In this document: in pieces, positions 24,462 to 49,357 of the stretch
Position numbering within the stretch: position 1 is the stretch's first letter
Layout: each line of letters starts with the position of its first letter
NCBI GenBank assembly: GCA_951406725.2
Contig: OX597843.1
Coordinates: forward strand, 18,290,001-18,354,000
Origin: Octopus vulgaris
Taxonomy: Eukaryota
Direction: 5' to 3'
DNA length: 64,000 bases
Made by a program: the position numbers and the translations under genes
Notes under the pieces: model-generated
What the model was told of the DNA's origin: nothing
Seen by the model: the letters and a program-made list of their open reading frames with translations, nothing else
Database searches by the model: none

Positions 24462-25112
24462 GTGGACATAGATGACACAGAACTAACCCACGTCTTTACC
24501 ACAGAAGATTTCATTCGTCTGTCATATGAAAAGACCAAGAACTTCAAGGGCCTCCGTGGACATAGATGACACAGAACTACCCCACGTCTTTACCACAAAA
24601 GATTTCATTGGTCTGTCATATGAAAAGACCAAGAACTTCATGAGTCTCCGTGGACATAGATGACACAGAACTACCCCACGTCTTTACCACAGAAGATTTC
24701 ATTGGTCTGTCATATGAAATACCAAGAACCTCAAGAGCCTCCGTGGACATAGATGACACAGAACTACCCCATGTCTTTAGCACAGAAGATTTCATTGGTC
24801 TGTCATATGAAAGACCAAGAACTTCAAGAGTCTCTGTGGACATAGATGACACAGAACTGCCCCACTTTTTACCACAGAAGATTTCATTGGTCTATCATAT
24901 GAAAGACCAAGAATTTCACGGGCCTCCGTGGTCACAGATGACACAAAGCTACCCCACGTCTTTAGCTCAGAAGATTTCATTGGTCTGTCATATGAAAAGA
25001 CCAATAACTTCAAGGGCCCCCGTGGACATAGATGACACATAACTACCCCACGCCTTTACCACAGAAGATTTCATTGGGGTGTCATATGAAAGTCCAAGAA
25101 CATCAAGGGCCT
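24462..25112 (+). repeat. 92-94-bp minisatellite, 7 copies
   Basis: Units start at 24462, 24556, 24650, 24743, 24836, 24928 and 25022 (gtggacatagatgacacagaactaccccacg...). Confidence 0.95.
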
Positions 25113-25114
25113 CG

Positions 25115-25617
25115 AGCTGGTACTACTCTGGTGTGTGATCTACAATTTAAAGGTCAATTATTTTAGGCTTCTCTTTAGGTTACTTTTCAATGTCTAAAGA
25201 GAAACTGTGAAATTTTGTGTTGGTACCCCTACCAGTTATCCGAAAATTTGATACAGAGAGAGATTGCACAGGACTTTTTTTTTATTCAATCAGTATAATA
25301 TAGAAAAACATTTCCGTAGCGGGTAGAGCTATAAGTTTGGCAGCCATGAGTTTTGCAACGTAAAGATGACAAAATTTCCCCGTTTTCCCTTTTCTTCCAT
25401 CTTCCTTTATTTCTCCACCACAACGATGAGATGGTGCAACATTTTATTCATTATCTACAAGTCCATTTCTTCGTAAAAATGCAAATACCTTCGTCTCGCC
25501 GCTGTATAAATCTTTAGCCAACATCTTCAGAGCTTTTATAAATTGCAAATTATAGAAAAAAGTAACCTAAAGTATTTTGCCTTTAATTTGTGAATCACAC
25601 ACCCAAGCACCACCCTC
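25115..25617. mobile_element. Possible old MITE with imperfect inverted ends
   Basis: gtgtgtgatctacaatttaaagg...tttaggttactttt (~25130-25187) vs aaaagtaacctaaag...cctttaatttgtgaatcacacac (~25557-25602). Confidence 0.4.
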
Positions 25618-26099
25618 ATGCTTTTATTTCAGAATTTAATTTTTCTTAGAGTAGTTGCCTTAATGAAGATGTAGAGTTCAGTCTATCCTACGGGTCAGAG
25701 GTTAGCAAAATTACAGCCTTGGTAAGAAAACTCTCAGCAACCAGAGTCTTCGTATTATGTCAGAGTAATAAAATAATGATATAAACTAAAAAATGAAAAT
25801 AATAACGGTATATATATAAAAAGAATACGAAAAACAATAATGATAATGTTTTAAAAGCAAACTGCTGGAAGTTTACAAAGTTGAAAGGTTAAAAAGTCTG
25901 CCAGGTTTTCCGTTGAGTCTTACTAGTAACATTGTGACCCAGGACAATGTGCTGCATGGATGGGTTGTTGGCGACTCAACCAGTGAAACGTCGAAGATTG
26001 CTTGGTGAGGAGGTGTTTGTTGGACAACGAGGGGCGGGGATGAGAAACAAAAAAGGAAACAGAAAGAAGTGGTGGAAAGACGGATGGACATGTGCACAC

Positions 26100-26183
<84 letters not shown>

Positions 26184-26339
26184 TGCTTATGACGGGCTTC
26201 TTTCAGTGTCCGTCAACGAACTCCACTCACCTGACTTTTCAAAAGCGAATGAATAATGCGAAATTCTTTTCATTTCATGTCCTTTGTCTGGAAATCTTTC
26301 GTCACACATCCTGTGACCTCTTCATAGAATAAGAACAAT

Positions 26340-26913
26340 AATCCTTTCTACTTATAGGCAATGCCTGAAATTGAGGGGAGCGGGAGAGGCGTTTACATCG
26401 ACCCCAGTACTCAAGAGGTACTCAAGCACGAAATGAGGAAAGGCGAAGTTGACCTCGGCGGAATTTGAACTCAGAACATAGCGACAGACGAAATACCTAA
26501 TTCTTTACTACTCACAAGGGGTTAAACACAGAGGGAACAAACAAGGACAGACACACAGAATAAGTCGATTATATAGACCCCAGTGCGTAACTGGTACTTA
26601 TTTAATCGACCCCGAAAGGATGAAAGTCAAAGTGACTTCGGCGGAATTTGAACTCAGCACGTAACGGCAGACGAAATACCTATTTCTTTTCTACCCACAA
26701 GGGGCTAAACACAGAGGGGACAAACAAGGACAGACAAACGGATTAAGTCAATTACATCGAGCTCAGTGAGTAAATGTTACTTATTTAATCGACCCCCGAA
26801 AGGATGAAAGGCGTAGTCGACCTCGGCGGAATTTGAACTCAGAACGTAACGGCAGACGAAATACCGCTAAGCATTTCGCCCGGCGTCCTAACGTCTCTAT
26901 CGGCTCGCCACCT
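26340..26913 (-). mobile_element. Tandemly reiterated SINE (three partial heads/cores)
   Basis: Three repeats of ggcggaatttgaactcag..gacgaaatacc at ~26457, ~26640 and ~26826. Confidence 0.8.
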
Positions 26914-28591
26914 TAGAACGCATACATTATTGATGACGTGAAAAGCAAACACAGATTTTATAGTGGAAGGTACATAACTCTTGCAGAGAAGAGTTATTTC
27001 CCTTAGTGTTTTAATAAAATTTGCAAAGGCAGAAATTTAGGTTCTAAGCTGCTCCAAGTCAACTTTTGTCTTTCGTTCTTCCCTGGACAATGGAATAATG
27101 CACCAATCGCATTCCCGGGTCAATTTTATCGATGATGCCCCGCATCATCGATCGAAATCTTGTGATTATGTTAGAAATTAGGAAATAGTTCTAGGAAGCA
27201 TATGGGTGGAAAAGACTGGTCTTCCATATGTTGTGGTGATTTTCAGGGAGGAATTCCTCATTCTGGCCAGAGTGACGCAGGAAGAAGCGGAGAGAGAGGA
27301 CAAGGTAGATACCCGCATTTCTGGCAAACCCGTATATGTTGACAAGAGGAAGGAGACACTTAATCTGTTTGTAAAGATTATATCAACAACCCCTTCATGT
27401 GCACTTATAGTGACATCAGGAGGGACCAGCTGCAGGGTTCCGGCAAGTTACTGCTTAGGCTGCCAGAACCAACAATGGAATGGAATCTGAAGGAGCCGAG
27501 CATCAGTGAAATGGGAAAAGGGATGAGGATGGTGAGATTTATCACAGCATAGTAGAATGGTTTACAATGTCTATAAGAACTGCTGGAAGCTACTCTATCG
27601 AGTGTGGAGGGTCCTACATATAACCTGGAGGAGAAGATAGGTTACCCAGTCACAGACATACATCGAAGGGATGAATATACCGAAGGAGACAAGGGCCGAG
27701 ATTATCAACCTATGTCGAGTCATCCCTTTGCTCAGTGTAGAAAGCAACATTGTGTCTGAGTGACCCTCCAACTTTCTGCTAAAGAACGATTGTATAGACA
27801 GGGTTTTACGGAAGGGAGTCATACTGAGCTGGGTGTCACTGCTTTCCCTGTACTTTTGGTAAAAAAAAGTGAAGCACATTTCAAGAGACATCTGCAGAAA
27901 TATTCCACTATAGGTGGTCTTACATTCTATTAGAAACAACAGCCAACTGCCCTTGAATTTGCATTATTTCCCTGCATCTTGTGATACTGCATTTAGATCT
28001 GCAGAAATTTTCATAGACACAAATACATCTCAGAGAATCATGCAATGAGCAAAATAAATAGGATTTTATCATGCAGATTTAACTTGAACCCCTATTTGTC
28101 TCCCTATCACAGCTGCTGCACCTTAATTACTTAATCCAATACAGTCATACAACCCAAGGCCTATTTATCTGAAAGTCATCTACTTTTTGAAAAATAATTT
28201 CCATCTAACAATCGACAGAACAATGGGCCTTCGTGGGCCCTGTTCCATACTAATTTTAGTCATTGCGTCTAATTGAATTCCATATTTAGAAAGCTTTTTC
28301 AAATCTTCCAGTAATTTTCTCCAATTAATCATCATTAATGTCTGGAATACAACTACCAACAATATTATTTGAGAGACAAACTTTCTTCGATTAACCTGCA
28401 TTTGTTTTTCCATTAATAATTTCTGTGGTTTTCATTTTTCCTGGCAACAAAAATTCTTCACCAACGCAGCATGTTTTTGTTTCTTTTTTTGCTATTTTCT
28501 GCAAGTGGTCACTTTTATAAATATAAATTAAATTTAAAGCAAAATATATTCCAAATAAATCATATAAACAGTAACTTATGGTTTTGTATAA

Positions 28592-28950
28592 CTTTGAGCT
28601 TTTGTGTTGGAGAAGACTTTTACGGATTCCATGGACAGCGAGGCTCACCAATGGAGAAATTCTTAAGCAGATCAGGCCAAAAATGTCGCAAGAAGTTAGG
28701 ATCACCAAGCATAGATTGGCATATTTTGGTCATATTCTGCAGAGAAAATCCCTGGAGAAGGACATCATGCTCGGAATGGTCATTGGCAAGAGAGGAAGAG
28801 GCCGACCAAGAACCCGCTGGCTTGACACCATCAGGAGTGATACCGGAATGGACATAGCCAGTCTGAAAGAAGCGGCCCAGGATAGAACTGACTGGAGGAC
28901 ACTGATCCAACGAGTGACCGAGAGTCGACTTCGACTGAGTGGATAAATGA
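28592..28950 (+). mobile_element. RTE-BovB-like LINE 3' fragment with open C-terminus
   Basis: FELLCWRRLLRIPWTARLTNGEILKQI...YFGHILQR.SLEKDIMLG...GKRGRGRPRTRWLDTI...DRTDWRTLIQRVTESRLRL*. Confidence 0.88.
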
Positions 28951-29509
28951 CTTTGAGGAAGAAAAATCAAGTCTATCTTGACACGTTGTGGTGCACCTGA
29001 GCACTGTATACATTGATTTCCTTATTATATAATCTATGATAGAAATATGGCAGGTGAGAAGGAGGAGAGCAAGTAAAGGCAACGTTCACTTTACTGTCTT
29101 CTCAATACTCAACAAGCAATGGTTTTGGCACAGAATTAAAGGTTCTGGTGATGTCGAAATGCATAACAACCACCCATGAGCCACCATCTGTGGTTTGAGT
29201 GATGTCTTTAGGAAATTAAATGAATTGGTTGCAGCAGTTGGTCTTAGGAATAAATTCAAGTTGTGAGGACCAAACGAGGTTATGAGAGTGCCAGAAGTTC
29301 CAGAATTTCTCTGACATAGGAATTTCTCCCTGTAGAAAGTGTTGACGTGCTTATAAGGATGTCGCAGAAAAATACCTCTTGCTATCAGTAGGATATGTTT
29401 TATACGCTTTATACGCACTTTTCACAAGTTGTGGTGCACCTGAGCACTGTATACATTGATTTCATTATTATTATTATTATCATCTGTTGTAGAATATTTA
29501 CATTGCTTA

Positions 29510-29730
29510 TAATGGACATGTGATGCGTATGAATGAGGACAGCTGCATAAAGAAGAGCTGATCATTGAAAGTGGATGGTACCTGTGGAAGAGGGAGACCC
29601 AGGAAGACACGGCATCAAGTGATTAGGACTGATCTCAGGAAGCTGGCCCTCACAGAAGAAATGACCATGGACCAAGATGTCTGGCGATATGAATTCCTTG
29701 AGAAGACCCACCCACATCAGCAAAACTGAG
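29510..29730 (+). mobile_element. RTE LINE 3' fragment
   Basis: GHVMRMNEDSCIKKS..VDGTCGRGRPRKT....RTDL......MTMDQDVWRY; related to 4140-4345. Confidence 0.75.
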
Positions 29731-30064
29731 TTCTGGAAGCGCTGTGTAGAGAACTTCTCCCACATTCTGCCACAACGAACCACACTTCATCTCTACATCG
29801 CTTCCTCACATTTCTACTTCATGCTCCATGCTTACCTCCCACTCCCTAATCTTGGTCCCCTTGACCTGGTTCCACTTTACCATTGCCCTCTGCTTGACCC
29901 TGACCTGTGCGTTCGACCCACATGCCATGTCTCCCCCTATTATTGGCATCTGCCAGCCTCCGACCTGGGTGTTCCACACGTAACAAGAAAACTTGTCCTT
30001 CACCCTACCTCAACAAACCAATTTACATCTCTTTCTAGCATTTCCTCCTTCATTCACTATGCCT

Positions 30065-30101
<37 letters not shown>

Positions 30102-30964
30102 CTATCTCTCTCTCTCTCCCCTTGCCTAGCTCTCTCTCTCTCCTTGCTTAGCCCTCACTCCCCAGTTCTCTCCTCATACCCCGTGTTTCTCTACATCATT
30201 GCCATCCAGTAGCTCCTTCTTACTTTATATATACCCAGGTCTTTCACCACTTACTTGCTCTTCCTTCACAATATCCGGTCACTTATATTATGGCATTTGA
30301 ACCTCAAGGCTATGCCCTGGCACTTGCTGCTGTTTATATTTCTCTCTCTTCCTTCACTCAACCATCTCATTTATACTCTGAACTCCGTTCCTTGTGAGCG
30401 TGACCAGCATTTTGCCATCATCTCCACCCTGCTGTCTCCCCACCCAACACACTCTCTCTCTTTCTTTCTCTTTCTCTCTCTCTCTCTGTCTCTCTCTCTC
30501 TCTCCTGCACTTCCCTAAGGTTGAGCAACTGTGTATTTTCTTTGTGATAGCACACCTGTTTCTGTCTTCATTCGTGATCTTTCTCTCTCCGGCCGGGTAA
30601 CCTTGTACTTCCTCTTCAGCAAGATGCCTATATCTGTCACACTATAACCTTTCCATCATCATCTCTTCCCCTCTTAGATGTTTTGTCATGCAGGTACTTA
30701 GTCACCCTCTCAATGCAGGTGCCACTTAAAAATCACCCAGTCCACACTGTAAAGTGGTTGGTGTTCGGAAGGGCATCCATCTGTAAAAACCTTGCCAAAA
30801 TTGACCTCACCTGTGCTTGTGCCACATAAAAAGCACTAAGTCCACTCTGCTTGTGTGTCTGTGTTTGCCCCCCCCCCCCCAACATCGCTTGGCAACTGAT
30901 GCTGGTGTGTTTACATCCCCGTAAATAAGCGGTTCGGTAAAAGTGACTGATAGAATAAGACTTA

Positions 30965-32600
30965 CCTTATTCGGTCGTCTTTCCTTTTTCCGGGGTTCGT
31001 GGGGTGGTTTCTCGACATAGGCCCTTATACAAGGATTCATTATAATCCAGTCTAGGACCACATACGTCGGAATTAAAATTTGTTCATAAAATGTTAAAGT
31101 TCAACCTGTCTAACCTAAAAATGTCAATGCGTTTTGGCAATGTTCGGTGGTTTAGGAATTGTTCTGCTGTTGGAATCCTTTCAATACTTTTCATTGACTG
31201 GTCATTTTCCTTGTTGACGTCCATATAAACCATTTCTGTGGACTGGTTGGTGGGGTGGACGGGGATGGAGTCTGGGAGGGGAGGAAATTGTTCAACACTG
31301 TGTGGGCGTTCCGTCGGGTATCCGGAATTGGTTGGGGGGTTACATTTTTGACTTCTGTGGGGAACTGTAGTGGGGTGTTTTTTCTGTGTGTTTGCTGTGG
31401 TGTTTTTTTTCCTTGTTTGTGCTGGGGGTGGGTGGGGTTAAGTCGTTGTTCCTCCTCTTTGGTGTTTTCTTTTGTCTTACCGGAACAAAGTCTGCTTCTT
31501 CTTCGGCCTGCTTAGTGCCGGAGTCCTGTTGTTTTTCTTTCTGTTTATTTTCTTCTGCTTCTTTTCTCCTTTTTCTTCTTTCTCCTTGCGGGTGGGGCAG
31601 TCTACTTGAATGCGTTCTTTTTCGCCACATTCATAGCAACGGGGTTTTCGCCCCTCTACCACCACTCGCAATGTGATTTCTTCGCTGAAGTGGATATTTT
31701 CCACTATTTCCTCCAGGGTTTCTGGGGACGCCTGAATAGTCACTTCTAGACTCTGGCTCCGCCAGTTTTGTTTTTGTATTTTTGCCACTTCTATGATGGT
31801 TATTTTTTCCTCCAGTCCCATTAATAAGGCTGGAAGCATGTTACTTCCATTTCTGGTGGTATTTCTTCTATTTTTATTTTAGCGGTTCTTCTTCCTAGGT
31901 ATGACGGCAGTAAAATAATTTCGTTTGTCTTTATTGGTTGTAGTGAATGTAGTTTTGCCTTTTCTTATTCTTTGAAGTAAACTGCTATGGTTGCATAGTT
32001 TTTCCTCATGTTATGTATTCGATGTCCTGCCATATTGGATGCAGACACCTCTCAACTTGTTCGTTCGTTGCTTTTTCTATTTTTTCTTTTATCATAAATG
32101 ATTTGTACATTATTATTATCTGTTGTGTTTTCTTAATAATTTCATTTGGGAGGGTGGCCTTTGCGTCAGTCCCCTCCCTGGTATACATATCTTTGTGTTT
32201 CATAAGTTCATTGTTATCTCTTAAGTCATAAGTTTATTGTTATCAATGCGTAGGACTTCTCTCTTAAGTCCGGCCGCTGCTGTGAAGTTGTACGTTTTTT
32301 GGTTTACGTTTTTGGTATCGTTTTTGTCTGTGCTTTTGTTAATATTCATTCTTTTCGATGACGAATCTTCAATAGTTGAAGTCTTCACTATTCATATTTT
32401 TTTCCAAACAGAAATATTTTTTTGTGTGTGTACAAACGTAAACCTTTTCCCCTCCGTAAGGAGGGAAACAACTGCTTTTTTGTCTGTCACAAAAAAGACA
32501 ACCAAAGTTCAAACAACGGCAATTAACAAGTATTTTTAACAAAAGCAAACCAAACAAAACAATTACTCTCGAGCTCAAAAAAACACGTCTGAACGGGAGC
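30965..32600 (-). mobile_element. L1/Tx1-type LINE 5' end and ORF1 (RRM-like region + CCHC knuckle), degenerate; no ORF2 seen
   Basis: ITLRVVVEGRKPRCYECGEKERIQVDCP knuckle (His lost), PSYLGRRTAKIKIEEIPPE; 5' terminus gctcccgttcagacgtg. Confidence 0.65.
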
Positions 32601-34039
32601 TTAAACTGTGCTCTATAATTTGTTATTACCTATACAGGCGATACAAAGAAAATGACAACACAATCACGAATGATTTGACGATGTAGAGCAATTGGGGTCA
32701 ATTAAAAATTTTACACGATGTAAAAAGTATGTTGTACTTGAGATAACTCATGTACATGAAAGTTACAATATGCTAAACACACATGGAGAGTAAACCACGT
32801 AGAATATCACTTTCATTCTTCTGCTAGTAGCAGAATAATTCAGTCCTAAGAAATTGATGGTTCATCTTGATAGAAAGGTCGGACTTATATTTCGAAGAGA
32901 TCTATGAAAACTAACATCTACATCATGTGATGTATTACAATAATGATTGTAGATGTAGGTTTCAGGACTAATGAATGTCCATTACTTGAACATTTGAATG
33001 CATATTACTGGAACATTTGCGCTATCAGCCCTGTCGTAAGCATTTGAGACAATGATATTCCATTGTCTCACACCCCTACCGTCTTAACCAAGGAAAGAAC
33101 ACAACACACATTGCAATATAAGTAAAGCGACGGGATGATCACGACCGGAACGCCTCTGATCATAGTCTTCTCATCAGTGAACAACAAGCATACTTTACAA
33201 CCAACTGAAATATATTCTGCGAAACGAGGAAAATTCGTCGGGTTTGCATTTTAGTAACTAGAGAGATGAGGTCGTATCTTTCAGCAGATATCGCCATCCC
33301 AATAATCGATAAAAACAATGGCGTTTGTTTCAGAAAAGCGTCAAGTAGATAAGAATATTCTGTGGGTGTTGTCAGGACATATGAAAAATAAAAATTTGGT
33401 AATATAATAGAAGTCGAGGACACATGAAATCGTGATTAAGGTCGTGATTTCAGATCCTGGGACGAGTGGTGTTTTGTGCGCAGAACACTTCATCTTATGT
33501 TGTACAGCGACCATTTCAACACTTTACTTGTAGGAATGGTGACTAGCTGGAAAATGGATTTATTTTCCGGATATTAAAGAATTTCAACCAATCACTTACA
33601 TCAAGGGAAACTACTGGCACTCTCGTTTAAAAAAAAAAATTGAGAATTATTACAACAGGGTATTTCATTCGGATAGCAGGTGGAACGTGAGACAAGAAAC
33701 GTATATGAGGCAATAGAATATTCAGATAAGTGGATAAAACATTTAATTTCTGTAAAAAATACAAACTGAAGTCATATTTGGAGCCGGCGATATGGAGGTA
33801 AATAAATTTTTGTTACTTTTCTTTTAATATTTATCATGTATATACACACACACATATATATGATTTATTTTTCCCTTTCTCTCTATCTTACAATAAGTAT
33901 GCAACTTAATACTATAACTTTCTTCCTGACCAGTCTTTGTCGGTTCCAAGCGTTGTTACACGCACGTCAGAATTACTATTTAAATATTTATTTGTCCTGT
34001 TCATCATATATATAGACTTATACATAAACACATATGCAT

Positions 34040-34196
34040 AGGTGTGGCTGTGTGGTAAGAAACATGCTTCACAAGCAGATAGTTCCAGGTTCAGTTTCAC
34101 TGCATGGCAATTTGGGAAAGTGTCTTCTACTATAGCCTCGGGCCGACCAAAGGCCTTACGAGTGGATTTGGTAGACGGAAACCGAAAGAAGTTCGT

Positions 34197-34197
<1 letters not shown>
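34040..34197 (+). mobile_element. tRNA-derived SINE (second family)
   Basis: gtggctgtgtggtaag..ggttcagtttcactg..gtcttctactatagcctcgggccgacc..gtggatttggtagacggaaac. Further copies at ~52340, ~53430 and ~59980. Confidence 0.75.
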
Positions 34198-34256
<59 letters not shown>

Positions 34257-35364
34257 TATTGATGTATATATATATATGTGTGTGGGTGTGTGGGTGTGTG
34301 GGTGTGTGGGTGTGTGGGTGTGTGGGTGTGTGGGTGTGTGGGTGTGAGTTTGTTGTGTGTGTGTGTGTTTCTGTCTTTGCGACTATGTTTGTTACCCATT
34401 CATATCTTGACAGCAGGTTTTTTACGCCTCCTACTTAACATTGCGGTTCGGCAAGAGCGGCCAATGAAATAAGGACTGATGTCAATATATTGTCCTTAAA
34501 GGCTTTTGATATGGTGCGCCAGCTTTGGCGCAGGCAAATGACTTCAACAAGTAAAAGAATTAAAGAAAAAGAATACACATTTATATATGTGTGTGCGTAT
34601 GTACATGTGTATATATCTAAATGCGTATGAATATATATATATATATATGTATTTATATACCTATATATATGTGTGTCTGTGTTTGAATGTTTCGCCTCGT
34701 CCACATGTGCATGTATTCACACACACATGTAGACACACGCTCACATATACATTCTTATATTCATATATATATATATATATATATATATACGAACGTACAT
34801 ACACACACACATATTCATGCGTGTTTATGCATGTATATATATCCTGATGCATCTTTATATAACCATACATGATTACATATGACACCGCGTGGCAATTCAT
34901 TGTCCTAAAATCCTAGATTGCCGCTCATATAATGTTGTCTCTGGCTTAGGTAGAATGGCAGTGGTTGTGTTATTGTGGGGGAAGTGGACAGTCGACTAAT
35001 TGGACTTTAGCACCTCTGAGAAACGAAAGGCAAAGGGGACTTCGGCGAGAAAGGAACTCAGAACGCGAATAGCCGACAGAAACGCTGCAAAGCAATTTGT
35101 AAATTTGTGTACGGACATTGTGTACAGGCATTGCCGACTATTTTGCTTGGATCTTCTTGTTTAATATTATCTTTTTAATTTAAGCTCTATACCTATTAAC
35201 TGTACAACTTATTTTTTCATTTTTCATTTTTCATTGGTGTCCAAGGCGTATGACCACGCTGTTAATGGTGCTGAATTAACGCTAGCGAGATCTCGGTTTC
35301 AATTCTCGTAAAGAGACTTGTATTGCGTTCTTAAGTAAAACACCTCATCTCATATTACTTTGCG

Positions 35365-35449
35365 TCACAACAAATCACAGCACATACCCAAGGCACACGG
35401 AGCTGCGCTCGGTAGTGAAGTGAAAGCACGCTATAAAAATAAAAACTAC
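35365..35449 (+). mobile_element. Short 3'-end fragment of the same Dong family as 13320-15916
   Basis: Near-identical to 15831-15915 and followed by (TAA)n. Confidence 0.85.
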
Positions 35450-35451
35450 TT

Positions 35452-46600
<11,149 letters not shown>

Positions 46601-48301
46601 CCTGTCTTTGGAAGCACAAGGACAAGTCCATTACATCGAACCCAGTGTGTAATTGGTACTTAATTTATCGTCCCTGAAAGGATGAAAGACAAAGTCGACC
46701 TCGGCGGAATTTGAAATCAGAACGTAGTGAGAGATAATCATAAGTGCTTCGGAGTATTAGAATCTGAGAAAGTACTAACTATATAAATGAAAACTAAAAT
46801 TGATAAGGAGTACATCGGAAGTTTGAAGAAGCAAATTAAGCGAAATATAAGTGTTCTAAATCTAGTAAAGGTTGTAAAAACTTTGGGAAGTATGGTTACT
46901 TCGGTTTTCAGCAGAATTTGTTGATTTGAAAAGATCTGAATTACCAAATCTAGACAGAAGAACAAGGAAGGAATTCAATATGAATGGAGGACTTCAGCCT
47001 CGATTAGGAAGAGCAACATGGCACTTACTTAGAATAACGAAGGTGGAAGAGGTTTAATATAACCAAAATGTAGCGTAGAGTTAGCCAGAGTTGATATATA
47101 TAACAGTGAAGAAAATCTATGATTTGCAAGAGTTATAGTAGGAGATAGGAAAGGAAAAAGCCAAATGAAATTCAAACCAGAAAAAAGAAGGTAGATTATC
47201 TAACTGACAAGAGAATATTTTGCATGGTCGATTGGCAAAGATAGTTGCTGGAAATAGTAATATTGAGACATGGTTAAGGTTGCTAAAATGAGAGATCTAT
47301 GAAAATTAACATCCACATCATCTGATGTCATACAATAATTATTGTAGATGTAGGTTTCAGGACTAATGAATGCCTATTACTGGAACATTTGCCCTATCAG
47401 CCCTGTCGTAAGCATTTGAGACAATGATATTCCATTGTCTCACACCCTACCGTCTTAACCACGGAAAGAACACAACACACATTGCGATGTAAGGAAATCG
47501 ACGGGATGATCATGACCGAAACGCCTATGATCATATTCTTGTCATCAGTGAACAACAAGCATTCTTTACAAACAACTGAAATATATTCTGGGAAACGAGG
47601 AAAATTCGTCGGGTTTGCATTTTAGTAACTCGAGAGGTGAGGTCGTATCTTTGAGCAGATATGGCCATCCCAATCATCGATAAAAACAATGGCGTTTGTT
47701 TTAGAAAAGTGTCAAGTAGATAAGAATGGGTGTTGACAGGAAATATGAAAAATAAAATTTTGGTAATACAATAGAAGTCGATGACACATTTCAACACTTG
47801 ACGTGTAGGGATGGTGAGTAGCTGGAAAATAGTTTTATTTTCCGGATATTAAAAATTTCAGCCAATCGCATACGTCAAGGGAAAATACTGCCACTCTCGT
47901 TTAAAAAAGAAAGGAGAATTATTACAACAGGGTATTTCATTCAGTATGCTTATCGGATAGCACCTGGAACGTGGGACAAAAATAGAATATTTAGATAAGG
48001 GGATAAAATTTATTTAATTTCTGTTAAAAATCCAAACTGAAGTAATATTTGGAGCCGGCGTTATAAAGGTAAATAATTTTCTTACTTTTCTTTTAAGATT
48101 TTACATTTATATATACACACACATATATATGATTTATTTTTCCCTCTCTCTCTATCTTTCTATAACTATGCAACATAATAGAATAACTTTGTTCCTGACA
48201 ATCATTTTTCGGTGAGCATTTGGTTCCAAGCAACCATAACACACCCCTTAACATAGCGGATCGGCAAAAGTGACCAATAAAAACACACATACAAACATAT
48301 A

Positions 48302-48405
<104 letters not shown>

Positions 48406-49291
48406 TACGACGGATATTAAAGTTCAGCGAATCACATACATCGACAGAAAATACTGACACTGCCGTTAAAAAAACACATAACGGGTTATAACAAATGTTT
48501 ACTTCGGTCAGTATTCTTATCCTATACAAGCCGCAAAATGAGACAATAAACTTTCATGAGGTAATAGAATATTCAGATAAGTGGATAAACCTTGTCTAAT
48601 TTGTGTAAAAAATTAAAACTGAAGTCATATTTGGAGCCGGCATTATCGAGGTGAATCAATTTTTGCTACTTTCCTGTTAAGATTTAAAATTAATATTTAT
48701 ACACACACATATCTACACTGGCGAAATTAAATTTAAGACATAATAATAGTCCTATTTCTCACAAAATATTTTGTTACTAACACCATACAAATTATTTCTA
48801 TCTATTACACCTATGCAGAATTTATTTCTCTTTAGAATGATGCAGACAATAACTATTTTATACAACTTGAAGAATGCATGAAAGTACTAGTTCAATCAGA
48901 GTGGATATTTGATATTCTATCGCTTCATTATGTTATCTTATCTTATATCATATATCATTATAAGATTGTAAATAAATCATGAAAATCAAAGTTGGAATTT
49001 CTTTCAGTAATATATTCTTCTATACACAATCATACACACCTGTGTATATGTGCATGTATATATATATATATAAATGGTAAAAGAAACGCAATAGTGGCCA
49101 ATAAATGATTCGGACAGATAGACAATAGAAAGCGGACAGGAGAAAACAACGATTAGAAGGACAGGCAAAAATAGACGGCTCATTCGTGGCTTTCTTTCCT
49201 CAGTCAAGTCCCACAAGACACGACCAACTCGGGCAGTTACACTTGAGACGGTTCGATCTGTTTGCCCCACTAAAAGTCTCTCTCTCTCCAC

Positions 49292-49357
<66 letters not shown>

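Noticed and set aside
24462-25112. CRISPR-like array (also considered for 7565-7990)
   Set aside because: Head-to-tail repeats without unique spacers, eukaryotic context, no cas genes.
25910-25996. GUUGAGUC/GACUCAAC stem followed by GAAACGUC (hammerhead 3' half)
   Set aside because: No CUGANGA core or stem I partner upstream.
27206-27490. Cys-rich ORF end (SCRVPASYCLGCQN) resembling a CXC motif
   Set aside because: Too degenerate to assign; possibly a transposon remnant.
47531-47797. 88-aa ORF repeated three times as a gene family
   Set aside because: Identity is explained by the recent segmental duplication; non-ATG start and no recognisable domain.
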